Shown: piece after piece, positions 8,808 through 21,272 of the stretch
Numbering within the stretch: position 1 is the first letter of the stretch
Layout: the number at the start of each line of letters is the position of its first letter
Assembly: GCA_003282155.1 (NCBI GenBank)
Contig: QBZY01000001.1
Span: 85,991-149,990, forward strand
Reading direction: 5' to 3'
From: Pelagibacteraceae bacterium AG-337-I02
GTDB lineage: Bacteria > Pseudomonadota > Alphaproteobacteria > HIMB59 > GCA-002718135
Length of the DNA: 64,000 nt
The notes under the pieces: model-generated
Told to the model about the DNA's origin: nothing
Databases searched by the model: none
The model's input: only the letters and a program-made list of their open reading frames with translations
Program-made: the position numbers and the translations under genes

Positions 8808-9138
8808 TTACTGATTCTGCTCCATATTTTTTGGCAACAGCTGTTTTATTTATATTTATTTTTATATTTTTGATTTTAAATTTTTTTTCAAGCACCTTCG
8901 ATGTTTTAGAAATTAAATGTTCAAGAGTGTGTGACTTTGATTCTTTAATATAAGTCTTAAGAAATTTTGTAATGGCAGAATAATCTTTAACACTATTGAT
9001 ACTATTCAAATTTAAAGAGTCTTTTACTTTATAGTCAAAGGATAGAGTAACTTTGAGAAGTTGCTTTTTCTTTCTTTCAAGTTCTGTGATACCTAAATTT
9101 GCACTAATGGATAAGTTTTTTATTTCTACTTTAAACAT
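8794..9138 (-). CDS. folB: Dihydroneopterin aldolase
   Basis: GITELER...Q, DYS, TLEHL, K near C-terminus; lies between folP and folK. Confidence 0.85.
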   Translation of the reverse strand: MFKVEIKNLSISANLGITELERKKKQLLKVTLSFDYKVKDSLNLNSINSVKDYSAITKFLKTYIKESKSHTLEHLISKTSKVLEKKFKIKNIKININKTAVAKKYGAESVSVSN

Positions 9139-9944
9139 AACTTTTTAAAAATTTTTAATGACTGTGAAGTTTCTTTAACATCATGAACCCTAAATATATC
9201 AACACCCTTTTGATAACAATATAAAGCCGAAGCAATAGAGCCTCCTAATCTTTCATCAGCATTGCTTTGATCAATTAGATTTATCCAGCTTTTTCTTGAA
9301 GAGCCCAGCAGCAATCCATAACCTTTAAACTTAAACTGTTCAATTTTTTGCATGATCTCAATATTTTGATTTAAATTTTTGCCGAAACCTATTCCAGGAT
9401 CAAACCATACTTTAGTTGAAGGTATGCTTAATTTTTCTAATTGTTTAATTTTTTTTAAAAAAATTTTCTTAATATCCTGTACTACATTTTTATAAGAATT
9501 AATTTTAGATTGCATTATCTTAGGTGGAGCAGGTGTGTGCATTAAGATTAAACCTGTTTTGAATTTTTTAGATAAATAAAATAAATCCTCAGAACCACCA
9601 AACACATCATTAATTATATGAGCACCCATGCTTAATGCATATTCTTGTGTCTCAATTTTATTAGTATCAACAGAGATAACAAATTTGTTTTTTGGTAATT
9701 TTTTTAATATAGGATCTAGCCTTTTAACTTCTTCATTATAGGTAAGAGGTACAGAGCCAGGCCTAGTACTTTCAGCTCCTATATCAATAATATCTGCTCC
9801 ATTTTCTGTCATTTTCTTTATATTATTTAGGGCATCCTTTGTCTTAAAACTCTTTCCACCATCACTAAAAGAGTCGGGTGTAACATTACATATGCCCATG
9901 ACTGTTGGCTTATTAAATTTAAAATTATGTTTACCCAATTTCAT
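9126..9944 (-). CDS. folP: Dihydropteroate synthase
   Basis: MGICNVTPDSFSDGG, DIGAESTRPG, DPGIGFGK, SRKS, RVHDV. Confidence 0.97.
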   Translation of the reverse strand: MKLGKHNFKFNKPTVMGICNVTPDSFSDGGKSFKTKDALNNIKKMTENGADIIDIGAESTRPGSVPLTYNEEVKRLDPILKKLPKNKFVISVDTNKIETQEYALSMGAHIINDVFGGSEDLFYLSKKFKTGLILMHTPAPPKIMQSKINSYKNVVQDIKKIFLKKIKQLEKLSIPSTKVWFDPGIGFGKNLNQNIEIMQKIEQFKFKGYGLLLGSSRKSWINLIDQSNADERLGGSIASALYCYQKGVDIFRVHDVKETSQSLKIFKKLCLK

Positions 9945-9945
9945 T

Positions 9946-10695
9946 TTATAAAACTTTTGAATATTCTTTTAATAAAGACTTGTACATCTTAAGAGAAGAT
10001 CTATACCAATTTAATTGATCAATAGAAGAAATACTTACAACCCCCTTGCCAGACCCAACCAGAAGTATTTCACTATATTCATAAAAGTTAGATATCAGAA
10101 TATCTACTTTTTTAATCTTGTATGGAATTGTTTTAGTTAAATATGATAAAGTTATTCCTAAGTAATATGAATTCTTCGGAATAAATAATTGATTATTTTT
10201 TACAAAAATTAAGTTTGTGGTCGACCCCTCTAAAATTTTACTTTTATTATAAAAAAGAATTTCTTCTTTTTGTAAATTAATTTTTTTTTGTAAAGAAAGT
10301 ATTTTTTTATATTGTAAGTTTTTAAAAGAAGGTAATGTTCTTTGGTATCTATAGATATAAGCAGTAAAATTTTTTTCTTCTTTATTTCTTTTTCGCAAAG
10401 ATAAAGAAATTAATTTTTTTGTAATTGCCACTCTTAATAAGTGATCATAGTTTTTAATTTTAGAATTAGTATTTATAAAATTAATCAGAAATTTTTTTGA
10501 AATTTTAAAACTAATACCAAAGAAATTTGAATCTTTGTTAAGTTTTTTTAAATGTTGATCAATTAAAACTAAGTTTGGTTTTTTTCCTGAAATCCTTATG
10601 GTTGTAAAAATACCATTATATCCCCAAAGAGAATTAAACTTTACATTTTTTAAATCTTTAACGTGATATGATTTTTTTAATAAGATATTTTCCAT
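9946..10695 (-). CDS. pabC: Aminodeoxychorismate lyase-like (class IV PLP aminotransferase fold)
   Basis: GIFTTIR, ILEGSTTNLIF, LGIT; position in the pab/fol operon. Confidence 0.75.
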   Translation of the reverse strand: MENILLKKSYHVKDLKNVKFNSLWGYNGIFTTIRISGKKPNLVLIDQHLKKLNKDSNFFGISFKISKKFLINFINTNSKIKNYDHLLRVAITKKLISLSLRKRNKEEKNFTAYIYRYQRTLPSFKNLQYKKILSLQKKINLQKEEILFYNKSKILEGSTTNLIFVKNNQLFIPKNSYYLGITLSYLTKTIPYKIKKVDILISNFYEYSEILLVGSGKGVVSISSIDQLNWYRSSLKMYKSLLKEYSKVL

Positions 10696-11215
10696 TTGGA
10701 GTTAAAAAAGAGTCTGGGTGAAACTGAAATCCATATACTTGATTAATATCATCTTCAATTGCCATTGCCACGTTTGTTTTTGCACAACGCATTGTGATTG
10801 CCATTGATTTTGAAATAAATGGCTCTTTTAATTTAAGTGAATGATATCTACCACCAAGGAGATCTACATTTTTTTTAAAAATTGATTTGTCACTTATAAT
10901 TTTTATAAGACTTTGATAACCATGTAAGATATTTTTTTGTTGAACTATTTTACCTCCTTCAGAGTGCACTATGTGTTGGAAACCTAGGCAGATTCCGAGA
11001 ATTTTTTTCTTTCCCTTATATTTTTTATAAATCTCTGAAGTTAAGGGATAATCTTTTGGTTCACCTGGCCCAGGTGAAAGAACTATTGTTGAAGCTTTAC
11101 GAAGTTTTTTATAATTAATTTCATAGTAATTAGATACAACAGTCGGCTCGATACTATCTAATAAATGTGCAAGATTGTATGTAAAGGAGTCTTCGTGATC
11201 GATTAAATAAATCAT
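10658..11215 (-). CDS. pabA: Aminodeoxychorismate synthase glutamine amidotransferase subunit
   Basis: IDHEDSFTYNL, SPGPG, GICLG, RYHSL, QFHPDS. Confidence 0.88.
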   Translation of the reverse strand: MIYLIDHEDSFTYNLAHLLDSIEPTVVSNYYEINYKKLRKASTIVLSPGPGEPKDYPLTSEIYKKYKGKKKILGICLGFQHIVHSEGGKIVQQKNILHGYQSLIKIISDKSIFKKNVDLLGGRYHSLKLKEPFISKSMAITMRCAKTNVAMAIEDDINQVYGFQFHPDSFLTPNGKYLIKKIISR

Positions 11216-12420
11216 TAATTAAACAAATCTAATAGAGATTTAGCCTTTATATAGTTTTCATTATATTCTTTTTTTGCAGTGCTTCCTAATATTACTCCAC
11301 TAGCAACAGATAATTCAATAGTATTTTTAAAATTAAGTAGTGTCCTTATCATTATATTAAAACGCATATCTCCATTCGAATGTATGATACCAAAACTGCC
11401 AGTATAAATATTTCTATCAGATTTTTCTTTTTTATTTAAAAGTTGAATAGTGCTTATTTTTGGACAACCAATTACTGATCCACCAGGCATTAACGATGAG
11501 ATTATGTCATGGTTAGTTATTTTGTTTTTCAAAACACCTTTAATTGTTGTAACGTAATGGAAGAGATCTCTGTATTCTTCAACTGTTTTTAATTTATCTA
11601 TTTTTACAGAACCAGTTTTACAAATTTTTGAAAGATCGTTTCTTTCCATGTCGACTATCATATTGTGTTCTTTAGTTTCTTTTTCATTTCTTCTAAAAAA
11701 AGCCAAAGCTTTATTGTGATTTATTTTTTTCGTTTTTCTTAAAGTACCTGCAATAGGTTTAGTTTTTATCAGATCTCCTTTTTTTAATAACAGTGTTTCA
11801 GGTGAGCAACTAATGATACTATAACCTTTATCTCTAATTAGAAAACTTTCAGGAGACTCATTTATTTGCATTAATTTCCAGAAAAGATCTATCGCGTTTA
11901 TATTGCCTTTTTTTGAGTAAGTCTGAGCAATTTTTATTTGATAAGTTTTCCCTTGCTTAATATTTTTTGAGAAATCGTCAAACAGTTTGGAGTACTGTTG
12001 TAGAGTTAAATTTAAATTAAAATTCTTATTTAATTTCGAGTATTTTTTTGTATTAGTTTTAATATTTCTAAAATTGGTTTTGGTACTTTTAATTATAATT
12101 TTTTTACCAATACTAATTTTTGTTTTAGGTTTATAAAAAAGTCCACTATAAAAATTTGTAGTTTTTTGTTTTGGAAGTTTTATTCCAATATTATCACAAA
12201 GTAGTTTATATCCAAAAAAACCTATGTAACAATTTAAACCGTCAATACTTGAGCTCTTTTCTTTAGATTGTATATTTAAAAATTTTTTTATATTTTTTTT
12301 ATCTACAATTATTTTTTTAGAAAAATCAGTATATACGTCAAAGCCATTATCATTTTTATAAATAATGATAGACTTATCAGATTGATATAATTTATCTAAA
12401 TATTCGTTATTGTTCAGCAC
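11215..12420 (-). CDS. pabB: Aminodeoxychorismate synthase component I
   Basis: SPE, KPIAGT, EHNMIVDMERNDL, PGGSVIGCPK, NIMIRT; co-operonic with pabA/pabC/folP. Confidence 0.85.
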   Translation of the reverse strand: MLNNNEYLDKLYQSDKSIIIYKNDNGFDVYTDFSKKIIVDKKNIKKFLNIQSKEKSSSIDGLNCYIGFFGYKLLCDNIGIKLPKQKTTNFYSGLFYKPKTKISIGKKIIIKSTKTNFRNIKTNTKKYSKLNKNFNLNLTLQQYSKLFDDFSKNIKQGKTYQIKIAQTYSKKGNINAIDLFWKLMQINESPESFLIRDKGYSIISCSPETLLLKKGDLIKTKPIAGTLRKTKKINHNKALAFFRRNEKETKEHNMIVDMERNDLSKICKTGSVKIDKLKTVEEYRDLFHYVTTIKGVLKNKITNHDIISSLMPGGSVIGCPKISTIQLLNKKEKSDRNIYTGSFGIIHSNGDMRFNIMIRTLLNFKNTIELSVASGVILGSTAKKEYNENYIKAKSLLDLFN

Positions 12421-12448
12421 TGGATTCTATTATAATTAGGATACTTAT

Positions 12449-12871
12449 ATGAAAAATATTTTAACTAAAATATTCTTTTTTTGCTTATCCGTCACATGGT
12501 CATCATATCTTTATGGCCATGGGACAATAATTTTTCCCAATGTTGAACATGGCGAGGGATATATAGATGTTAAAATATATGACTCCAAAGAGAGTTTTTT
12601 AGATGAGGAATTAGCTATTGAGAGTGTGAGAAAAAGAGTTCAAAAAGGTAGGGTTGTGGTCCCTTTAAGCAAAATACATGAAGGAAAAATTGCAATAGTT
12701 GCCTATCATGATGAAGATTCTAATGGAGAATTAAAGACAGGTTTATTCTGGCGACCAAAAGAGGGTTTTGCTTTTAGCAATAATTATCAGCCTAAAGGTC
12801 CTCCATCTTTTGAAAAAGCGGCAATCATTTTAGTTCATGGCGAACCCGTGGTAATAGAACTTAATTATTAA
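12449..12871 (+). CDS. DUF2141-family exported protein
   Basis: Signal peptide; AYHDEDSNGEL..GLF..PKEGFAFSNN...GPPSF. Confidence 0.88.
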   Translation: MKNILTKIFFFCLSVTWSSYLYGHGTIIFPNVEHGEGYIDVKIYDSKESFLDEELAIESVRKRVQKGRVVVPLSKIHEGKIAIVAYHDEDSNGELKTGLFWRPKEGFAFSNNYQPKGPPSFEKAAIILVHGEPVVIELNY

Positions 12872-12882
12872 AAAATATATTG

Positions 12883-14265
12883 ATGTCATTACAATTACAA
12901 AACACACTAAGTGGTAAAAAAGAATTTTTTAAACCAGTTAATCCTAGTCATGTAAGAATTTATGCATGTGGGCCAACTGTTTATAATTTTGCACATATTG
13001 GAAATGCAAGAATGGCAGTGGTTAACGATTTATTAGTTCGTGTTTTAAAAACCCAGTATAAGAAAGTAACATATGTATCTAACATCACTGATATTGATGA
13101 TAAAATTATAGATGCGTCTAAGGAAACTGGTGAGGACATCAGTGTTATTACATCAAAATATACTGAGATATACAATAATGATATGAGTGCCCTTGGTGTA
13201 AACCTTCCTGATATTCAACCAAGAGCAACTGATCATATAAAAGAAATGATTGAGTTAATAAAAAAATTAATTGAGGAAGAGAAAGCTTATGAAAAAGAAG
13301 GGCATGTTTTATTTCATGTACCAGCTTTTGAGAATTATGGAATTCTTTCAAAAAGAAATAGAGATGAACAAATAGCTGGAAGTCGTGTTGAGGTTGCTCC
13401 TTTTAAAAAAGATCCAGCTGATTTTATTTTGTGGAAACCTTCCCCTTCTCCACTGCCAGGTTGGGTTTCACCTTGGGGATTTGGAAGACCGGGATGGCAT
13501 TTAGAATGTTCTGTAATGTCAGAAAAATCCCTGGGCCTGCCTTTTGATATTCATAGTGGTGGTATAGATTTAGTATTTCCTCATCACGAGAATGAAATAG
13601 CTCAAACTTGTTCAATTTCTGAAAATAAACATCCTGAAGATTTTGCAACTTTTTGGTTTCACAATGGTTTTGTTAATGTTGAGGGTGAAAAAATGTCGAA
13701 ATCGATTGGTAATATAAGACTAGTTCACGAACTTAATAAAAAATATAAAGGAGAAGTTTTAAGACTAACATTATTATCAGCTCACTATAAACAGCCATTA
13801 AACTGGACTGAAGACATCATTGAACAAAATAATAAAATGATTGATAGACTTTATAGAGTTCTGTTAGAGCTATCAGAAGTTGAAATAGATTCTAAGATAC
13901 CTTCTGAATCAATAATGGAATCAATTTTAGATGATTTAAACACGCCAAAAGTAATTGCAAAACTTAATGAGGAAGCAAATGATGTCTCATCTGCATCTGA
14001 TGAAAGAAAAAGAGAAATCAAAAATAATCTCCTATCAGCCGGCAAAATATTAGGTATTCTTGAGAATGATCCAAGTAGTTGGTTGGGTTATAATCAAAAA
14101 AATACTGAAAATACTGAAGAAATTGAAAGGTTGATAAATAAACGCAATGAAGCTAGACGCAGTAAAAATTTTAATTTGGCAGATGGTATAAGGAATATAT
14201 TAAAAGATAAAGGTATAGAAATAGAAGATACTGATAAAGGAACGATTTGGCGGAAATCTAAATGA
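12883..14265 (+). CDS. cysS: Cysteine-tRNA ligase
   Basis: [31 protein letters not shown]. Confidence 0.98.
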   Translation: MSLQLQNTLSGKKEFFKPVNPSHVRIYACGPTVYNFAHIGNARMAVVNDLLVRVLKTQYKKVTYVSNITDIDDKIIDASKETGEDISVITSKYTEIYNNDMSALGVNLPDIQPRATDHIKEMIELIKKLIEEEKAYEKEGHVLFHVPAFENYGILSKRNRDEQIAGSRVEVAPFKKDPADFILWKPSPSPLPGWVSPWGFGRPGWHLECSVMSEKSLGLPFDIHSGGIDLVFPHHENEIAQTCSISENKHPEDFATFWFHNGFVNVEGEKMSKSIGNIRLVHELNKKYKGEVLRLTLLSAHYKQPLNWTEDIIEQNNKMIDRLYRVLLELSEVEIDSKIPSESIMESILDDLNTPKVIAKLNEEANDVSSASDERKREIKNNLLSAGKILGILENDPSSWLGYNQKNTENTEEIERLINKRNEARRSKNFNLADGIRNILKDKGIEIEDTDKGTIWRKSK

Positions 14266-16187
14266 GTAAAAAGATAATAATTACATTACCAGATGGAAAT
14301 AAAAAAGAAGTTGATAAAGGCATAAATGGTCTAGATTTAGCTTCACAAATTTCTAAATCTCTTGCAAAAGAGTCAGTCGCTATAAAAATTAATAATGAAA
14401 TAAAAGATATTAGTTTGCCTATTAATAGTGATGCGTCAGTAGCAATTTTAAAAAGAGATAGTGATGAAGCCCTTGAATTAATTCGACACGACTGTGCTCA
14501 TGTAATGGCAGAAGCTGTACAAGAATTATTCCCAGGAACACAAGTTACGATTGGTCCAACTATTGAAAATGGTTTTTATTATGATTTTGCAAGAGGTGAG
14601 CCTTTTACTGTTGCTGATCTTCCAAAAATTGAAAAGAGAATGCATGATATCATACAAAAAAATAAAAATTTTGTAAGAGAAGTATGGTCTAAAGAAGAAT
14701 CAATAAAACATTTTAAAGGTAAGGGCGAGGACTACAAAGTTGAATTAATAAATGATTTACCTAATAATGAGGAAATCAGTATTTACAAACAGGGTGACTG
14801 GTTAGACTTGTGCCGGGGCCCTCACATGGTTTCAACTAAACAAATCGGTAAAGCATTTAAATTAATGAAGGTTGCTGGTGCTTACTGGCGAGGTGATTCA
14901 TCCAATGTAATGCTAACAAGAATTTATGGAACGGCATGGGCAACAGAAAAAGATCTTGAACAATACCTTTTACAAATTGAAGAAGCAGAGAAAAGAGATC
15001 ACCGAAAACTAGGACGAGAAATGGATTTATTTCATTTTCAGGAAGAGGCTCCTGGGGCGGTGTTTTGGCATCCTAAAGGTTGGACATTATTCCAATCCTT
15101 AATAAATTATATGCGAAAGAGACAAGAAAATGCAGGTTACGTAGAAACTAATACACCAGACATGATGGATAAGTCTCTATGGGAAACCTCTGGTCACTGG
15201 GATAAATTTAGTGACATGATGTTTAGAACTGAAGCAAAAGATGATAAAATTTATGCAATCAAACCAATGAATTGTCCTGGTGCTGTAGAAATTTTTAAAC
15301 AAGGATTAAAAAGTTATAGGGATCTACCATTTCTATTATCTGAGTTTGGAAAAGTACATCGTTATGAACCATCGGGCGCCCTTCATGGATTAATGCGAGT
15401 GAGAGCATTTACACAAGATGATGCACATATATTTTGTACAGAGGATCAAATTACACAAGAGAGTAAGACGGTATGTGATCTGATACTTAGTATCTATAAA
15501 GATTTCGGTTTTGATAATGTTAGAATTAAATTTTCTGATCGTCCTGAAAAACGCGTTGGAGATGATGCTGTTTGGGATAAAGCTGAGGCTGCGTTAATGC
15601 AAGCTATGCAAGCAACAGGCCTTGAGTACTCGCTAAATCCAGGAGAGGGAGCATTTTATGGTCCAAAATTAGAGTTTGTTTTACGTGATGCAATTGGCAG
15701 AGACTGGCAATGCGGCACACTGCAAGTAGATTTAAATTTACCTGGAAGATTAGGAGCTACTTATGTGGGAGAAGATGGTAATAAGAAAATACCAGTCATG
15801 TTACATAGAGCACTATTTGGTTCCTTAGAGAGGTTCACCGGTATTCTAATTGAGCATTATGCAGGACATCTTCCGTTTTGGCTTTCACCATTGCAAGCAG
15901 TAGTTACTACAATTACATCTGATACTGATGAGTATGCTTACGAGGTACAAAAGGTATTAGTGTCTAAAGGAATTAGAGCCGAAATAGATACTCGTAATGA
16001 AAAAATTGGTTATAAGATACGTGAACACAGTAATAGCAAAGTGCCAGCAATTATTGCTGTTGGAAAAAAAGAAGCTCAAGATAAAACAGTATCTGTTAGA
16101 AGAATTGGATCTTCTGAAACAAAGACCTTTAAATTAGAAGATATTGCTACTAGCTTATCTAAAGAAGCAAAATCACCAATAGAATAA
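14262..16187 (+). CDS. thrS: Threonine-tRNA ligase
   Basis: TGS domain, [34 protein letters not shown]. Confidence 0.98.
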   Translation: MSKKIIITLPDGNKKEVDKGINGLDLASQISKSLAKESVAIKINNEIKDISLPINSDASVAILKRDSDEALELIRHDCAHVMAEAVQELFPGTQVTIGPTIENGFYYDFARGEPFTVADLPKIEKRMHDIIQKNKNFVREVWSKEESIKHFKGKGEDYKVELINDLPNNEEISIYKQGDWLDLCRGPHMVSTKQIGKAFKLMKVAGAYWRGDSSNVMLTRIYGTAWATEKDLEQYLLQIEEAEKRDHRKLGREMDLFHFQEEAPGAVFWHPKGWTLFQSLINYMRKRQENAGYVETNTPDMMDKSLWETSGHWDKFSDMMFRTEAKDDKIYAIKPMNCPGAVEIFKQGLKSYRDLPFLLSEFGKVHRYEPSGALHGLMRVRAFTQDDAHIFCTEDQITQESKTVCDLILSIYKDFGFDNVRIKFSDRPEKRVGDDAVWDKAEAALMQAMQATGLEYSLNPGEGAFYGPKLEFVLRDAIGRDWQCGTLQVDLNLPGRLGATYVGEDGNKKIPVMLHRALFGSLERFTGILIEHYAGHLPFWLSPLQAVVTTITSDTDEYAYEVQKVLVSKGIRAEIDTRNEKIGYKIREHSNSKVPAIIAVGKKEAQDKTVSVRRIGSSETKTFKLEDIATSLSKEAKSPIE

Positions 16188-16190
16188 ACA

Positions 16191-17192
16191 ATGAATAACA
16201 TGCAAGGTAAGTTTCCAAGTACAAGACTTAGACGTAATAGAATGAAAGAATTTTCTCGTCGTTTAGTTGCTGAAAATACACTTAGTGTTAATGATTTAAT
16301 TTTACCTCTATTTGTATGCGAGGGAAACAAAGTTGATGATCCTATTATTTCAATGCCTGGTGTTAGCAGATACTCTATTGATAATCTTTTATATCAAGTA
16401 GAGAAAGCTGTTAAATTTAATATTCCTGCAATTGCTATATTTCCACAAATTGAAAGTGATCTTAAAAATTCTGAGGGAAGTTTAGCTGTAGATGAAAATA
16501 ATTTGGTGTGCAGATCAATTAAAAGTATCAAAAAGGATTTTCCAAATATTGGTATTATATGTGATGTTGCCTTAGATCCTTTTACTGATCATGGGCATGA
16601 TGGTTTAGTTATAAGTGATAAAATAGATAATGATAAAACTTTGGAGGTTTTGGAACAACAGGCTCTAGTCCAAGCAAATGCTGGTTGTGATGTAATCGCC
16701 CCGTCAGATATGATGGATGGAAGAGTTGGAAGAATAAGAACTGCATTAGATTCAAATAATTTAACAGATACTCTCATACTTTCTTACGCTGCTAAATATG
16801 CTTCAGGTTTTTACGGTCCTTTTAGAGATGCTATAGGCTCTGGTTCTAATTTAGGTAAAGATGGTAAATTAACATATCAAATGGATCCATCGAACAGTGA
16901 TGAAGCAATTAGAGAAGTTGGATTAGATATAAGTGAAGGAGCAGATATGGTAATGGTTAAGCCTGGTATGCCTTATCTTGATATTATTTCTAGAATAAAA
17001 TCAGAATTTAAAGTTCCAACCTTTGCCTACCAAGTATCTGGTGAATATTCGATGATAAAAGAGTCAATTATTAAAGGTTGGCTAAATGAGAAAGTTATAA
17101 TGGAATCTCTTTTATCTTTTAAAAGAGCTGGAGCAAATGGTATACTGACTTACTTTGCATTAGAAGCTGCTGAAAAATTAAAAAATGAATAA
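16191..17192 (+). CDS. hemB: Porphobilinogen synthase
   Basis: [34 protein letters not shown]. Confidence 0.97.
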   Translation: MNNMQGKFPSTRLRRNRMKEFSRRLVAENTLSVNDLILPLFVCEGNKVDDPIISMPGVSRYSIDNLLYQVEKAVKFNIPAIAIFPQIESDLKNSEGSLAVDENNLVCRSIKSIKKDFPNIGIICDVALDPFTDHGHDGLVISDKIDNDKTLEVLEQQALVQANAGCDVIAPSDMMDGRVGRIRTALDSNNLTDTLILSYAAKYASGFYGPFRDAIGSGSNLGKDGKLTYQMDPSNSDEAIREVGLDISEGADMVMVKPGMPYLDIISRIKSEFKVPTFAYQVSGEYSMIKESIIKGWLNEKVIMESLLSFKRAGANGILTYFALEAAEKLKNE

Positions 17193-17658
17193 CATTCAAT
17201 TTGAAAAAAGAAAATCTATAGAACAAGTTGAGGAGTCAAACGAGCTTGCTCCAAAATTTGATTCGAATGGTCTTATACCAGTTGTAACGACTGACTTTTC
17301 TTCAGGTGAGTTACTTATGCATGGCTATATGAATGAAGAAGCTTTTAAAAAAACTATAAGTTTGGGTGAAGCTGTATATTATTCTAGAAGTAGAAATACT
17401 CTTTGGCATAAAGGTAAAACAAGTGGATTAACTCAAAAAATAAAAGAAATAAGAATTGATGATGATCAAGATTGTGTTTGGTTAAGAGTTGATGTCAAAG
17501 GTGGTGCCAGCTGTCATGTGGGATATAGATCATGTTTTTATAGAAGCATTCCTTTGGATGGTTCTAGCTCTAAAGTTATTCTCAAATTTGAAGAAAAAGA
17601 AAAAGTTTTTGATCCTGAAGAAGTATACAAAGGTGCCTTAAATCCTACTAAACTATAA
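17185..17658 (+). CDS. hisI: Phosphoribosyl-AMP cyclohydrolase
   Basis: [29 protein letters not shown]. Confidence 0.95.
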   Translation: MNNIQFEKRKSIEQVEESNELAPKFDSNGLIPVVTTDFSSGELLMHGYMNEEAFKKTISLGEAVYYSRSRNTLWHKGKTSGLTQKIKEIRIDDDQDCVWLRVDVKGGASCHVGYRSCFYRSIPLDGSSSKVILKFEEKEKVFDPEEVYKGALNPTKL

Positions 17659-18248
17659 TGTCAGACAAATTAAAGTTTATTGAAACTAGTAAACTTCCTA
17701 CAGATATTGGAGAGTTCACTGTACATGCATTTACAGATGAAAATGAATCTAAAGATCATTTGGCAATATGTATGGGTGACTTGCTTACCGATGAACCAGT
17801 TTTATCAAGAATTCATTCTCAATGTATTACAGGTGAATCTTTTTTTAGTATGAGGTGTGATTGTAGATTCCAACTAACTGAATCATTAAAACAAATTGCT
17901 CAAAATAGAAGAGGAGTTATTTTTTATCTACAACAAGAAGGAAGGGGTATTGGTCTTTCAAATAAAATTAAAGCATATAGTTTACAAGACAAGGGGCTAG
18001 ATACCGTTGAAGCTAATCATCAATTAGGTTTTAAAGATGATGAGAGAACATATGAAAATATAGCTGGAATGGTAAAATATTTGGCGATTAAAAAATTAGA
18101 CTTAATAACTAATAATCCAAAAAAAATAAAAGCGCTGGAAGACATGGGTATCAAAGTAAATCAAAGAGTTCCTATTTTCTCAGATACCAATAAGTACAAT
18201 GAAAAATATCTCTCGACTAAGAAAAGTAAACTTGGTCATCTAATATAA
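17658..18248 (+). CDS. ribA: GTP cyclohydrolase II (standalone)
   Basis: RIHSQC...RCDC, QEGRGIGL, KAY, DTVEAN, TNNP.K, KLGH. Confidence 0.93.
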   Translation: MSDKLKFIETSKLPTDIGEFTVHAFTDENESKDHLAICMGDLLTDEPVLSRIHSQCITGESFFSMRCDCRFQLTESLKQIAQNRRGVIFYLQQEGRGIGLSNKIKAYSLQDKGLDTVEANHQLGFKDDERTYENIAGMVKYLAIKKLDLITNNPKKIKALEDMGIKVNQRVPIFSDTNKYNEKYLSTKKSKLGHLI

Positions 18249-18653
18249 GTGAAAGCAGATAGTTTAATAAAAAAACTTAATATGATTAGTCACCCTGAAG
18301 GGGGGCATTATGTCGAAAATTTTAAAAACGATAATGTAAGTCAAATTTACTATTTATTAAAAAAAAATGAGAAGTCTCATTGGCATCGACTAACTAAAAA
18401 TGAAATATTACATTTCTATTCTGGGGATCCTCTAGAAGTTTTTACATCTAGTGATGGAATTGATTATGAGCTTTTCTCATTAGGATCAGATGATAAATAT
18501 ATTTACACGGTAAAAGCGAATACATGGTTTTCGATGCGATCTGCTGGATCTTACAGCTTAATTGGGTGCACTGTCGCACCTGCTTTTGATTTTAATGATT
18601 TTGAGCTTGCCCCTGCGACGTGGCGACCTGAAAAATTCAAAATTGAGTTATAG
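18249..18653 (+). CDS. Cupin_5 (DUF985) protein
   Basis: HPEGG, IYYLL, SHWHR, CTVAPAFDF.DFEL. Confidence 0.9.
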   Translation: MKADSLIKKLNMISHPEGGHYVENFKNDNVSQIYYLLKKNEKSHWHRLTKNEILHFYSGDPLEVFTSSDGIDYELFSLGSDDKYIYTVKANTWFSMRSAGSYSLIGCTVAPAFDFNDFELAPATWRPEKFKIEL

Positions 18654-18713
18654 TTTTCACTTTTCTTTAATTTAAATTCTTTATATATTAGTACTATATA
18701 ACGGAGGTTCTAA

Positions 18714-20849
<2,136 letters not shown>

Positions 20850-20866
20850 AATAATTTAAATTAATT

Positions 20867-20896
20867 AAAAAGTGGAACTTTAAGTTCCACCTTTTT
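20867..20896. terminator. Bidirectional intrinsic terminator
   Basis: AAAAA-GTGGAACT-TTA-AGTTCCAC-CTTTTT between convergent genes. Confidence 0.8.
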
Positions 20897-21216
20897 CATT
20901 TTGGCATATTAGTTGCACCAGTCTCTAGTGAAATTATTTTACCATCTTTATATTTATATACTGCCATTACAGCCTGTGTATTTCCATCTTTAAAAGTAAC
21001 AAAAGAGTGATGTATCCCAATTTCATCATTTTCATAAACAATTCTAGACTTATCATCATTAATGTCATCACTCATGGCCCAGCCTATAACGTCGGACTTT
21101 GATAAAACATTACCACTAGAATGCATTGTAAATTTAAAATCATCATGGATAATTTCATTCATTCCTGCTTCATCTTTTTCGTTAAACACTTTCATATATT
21201 TTTCTAATATAGACAT
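20896..21216 (-). CDS. NTF2/SnoaL-like small protein
   Basis: N-terminal helix ..FNEKD...IIHDDF, C-terminal YKDGKI; GGAG RBS. Confidence 0.7.
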   Translation of the reverse strand: MSILEKYMKVFNEKDEAGMNEIIHDDFKFTMHSSGNVLSKSDVIGWAMSDDINDDKSRIVYENDEIGIHHSFVTFKDGNTQAVMAVYKYKDGKIISLETGATNMPK

Positions 21217-21272
21217 ACTATCTCCAGAGTTAATATATTACTTATATAGATATTTTACAAAAATAACTTAGT

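Noticed and set aside
10658-12420. Reading pabA/pabB as trpG/trpE, making a trp cluster with the TrpF-like gene
   Set aside because: They are co-operonic with pabC-like, folP, folB and folK, and no trpD/C/B/A is present. A dual role cannot be excluded without the whole genome.
18650-18686. Possible OxyR site before katG (ATAG-N7-TTTT-N7-TTAA-N7-ATAT)
   Set aside because: Only one of four tetramers matches; expected by chance in AT-rich DNA.
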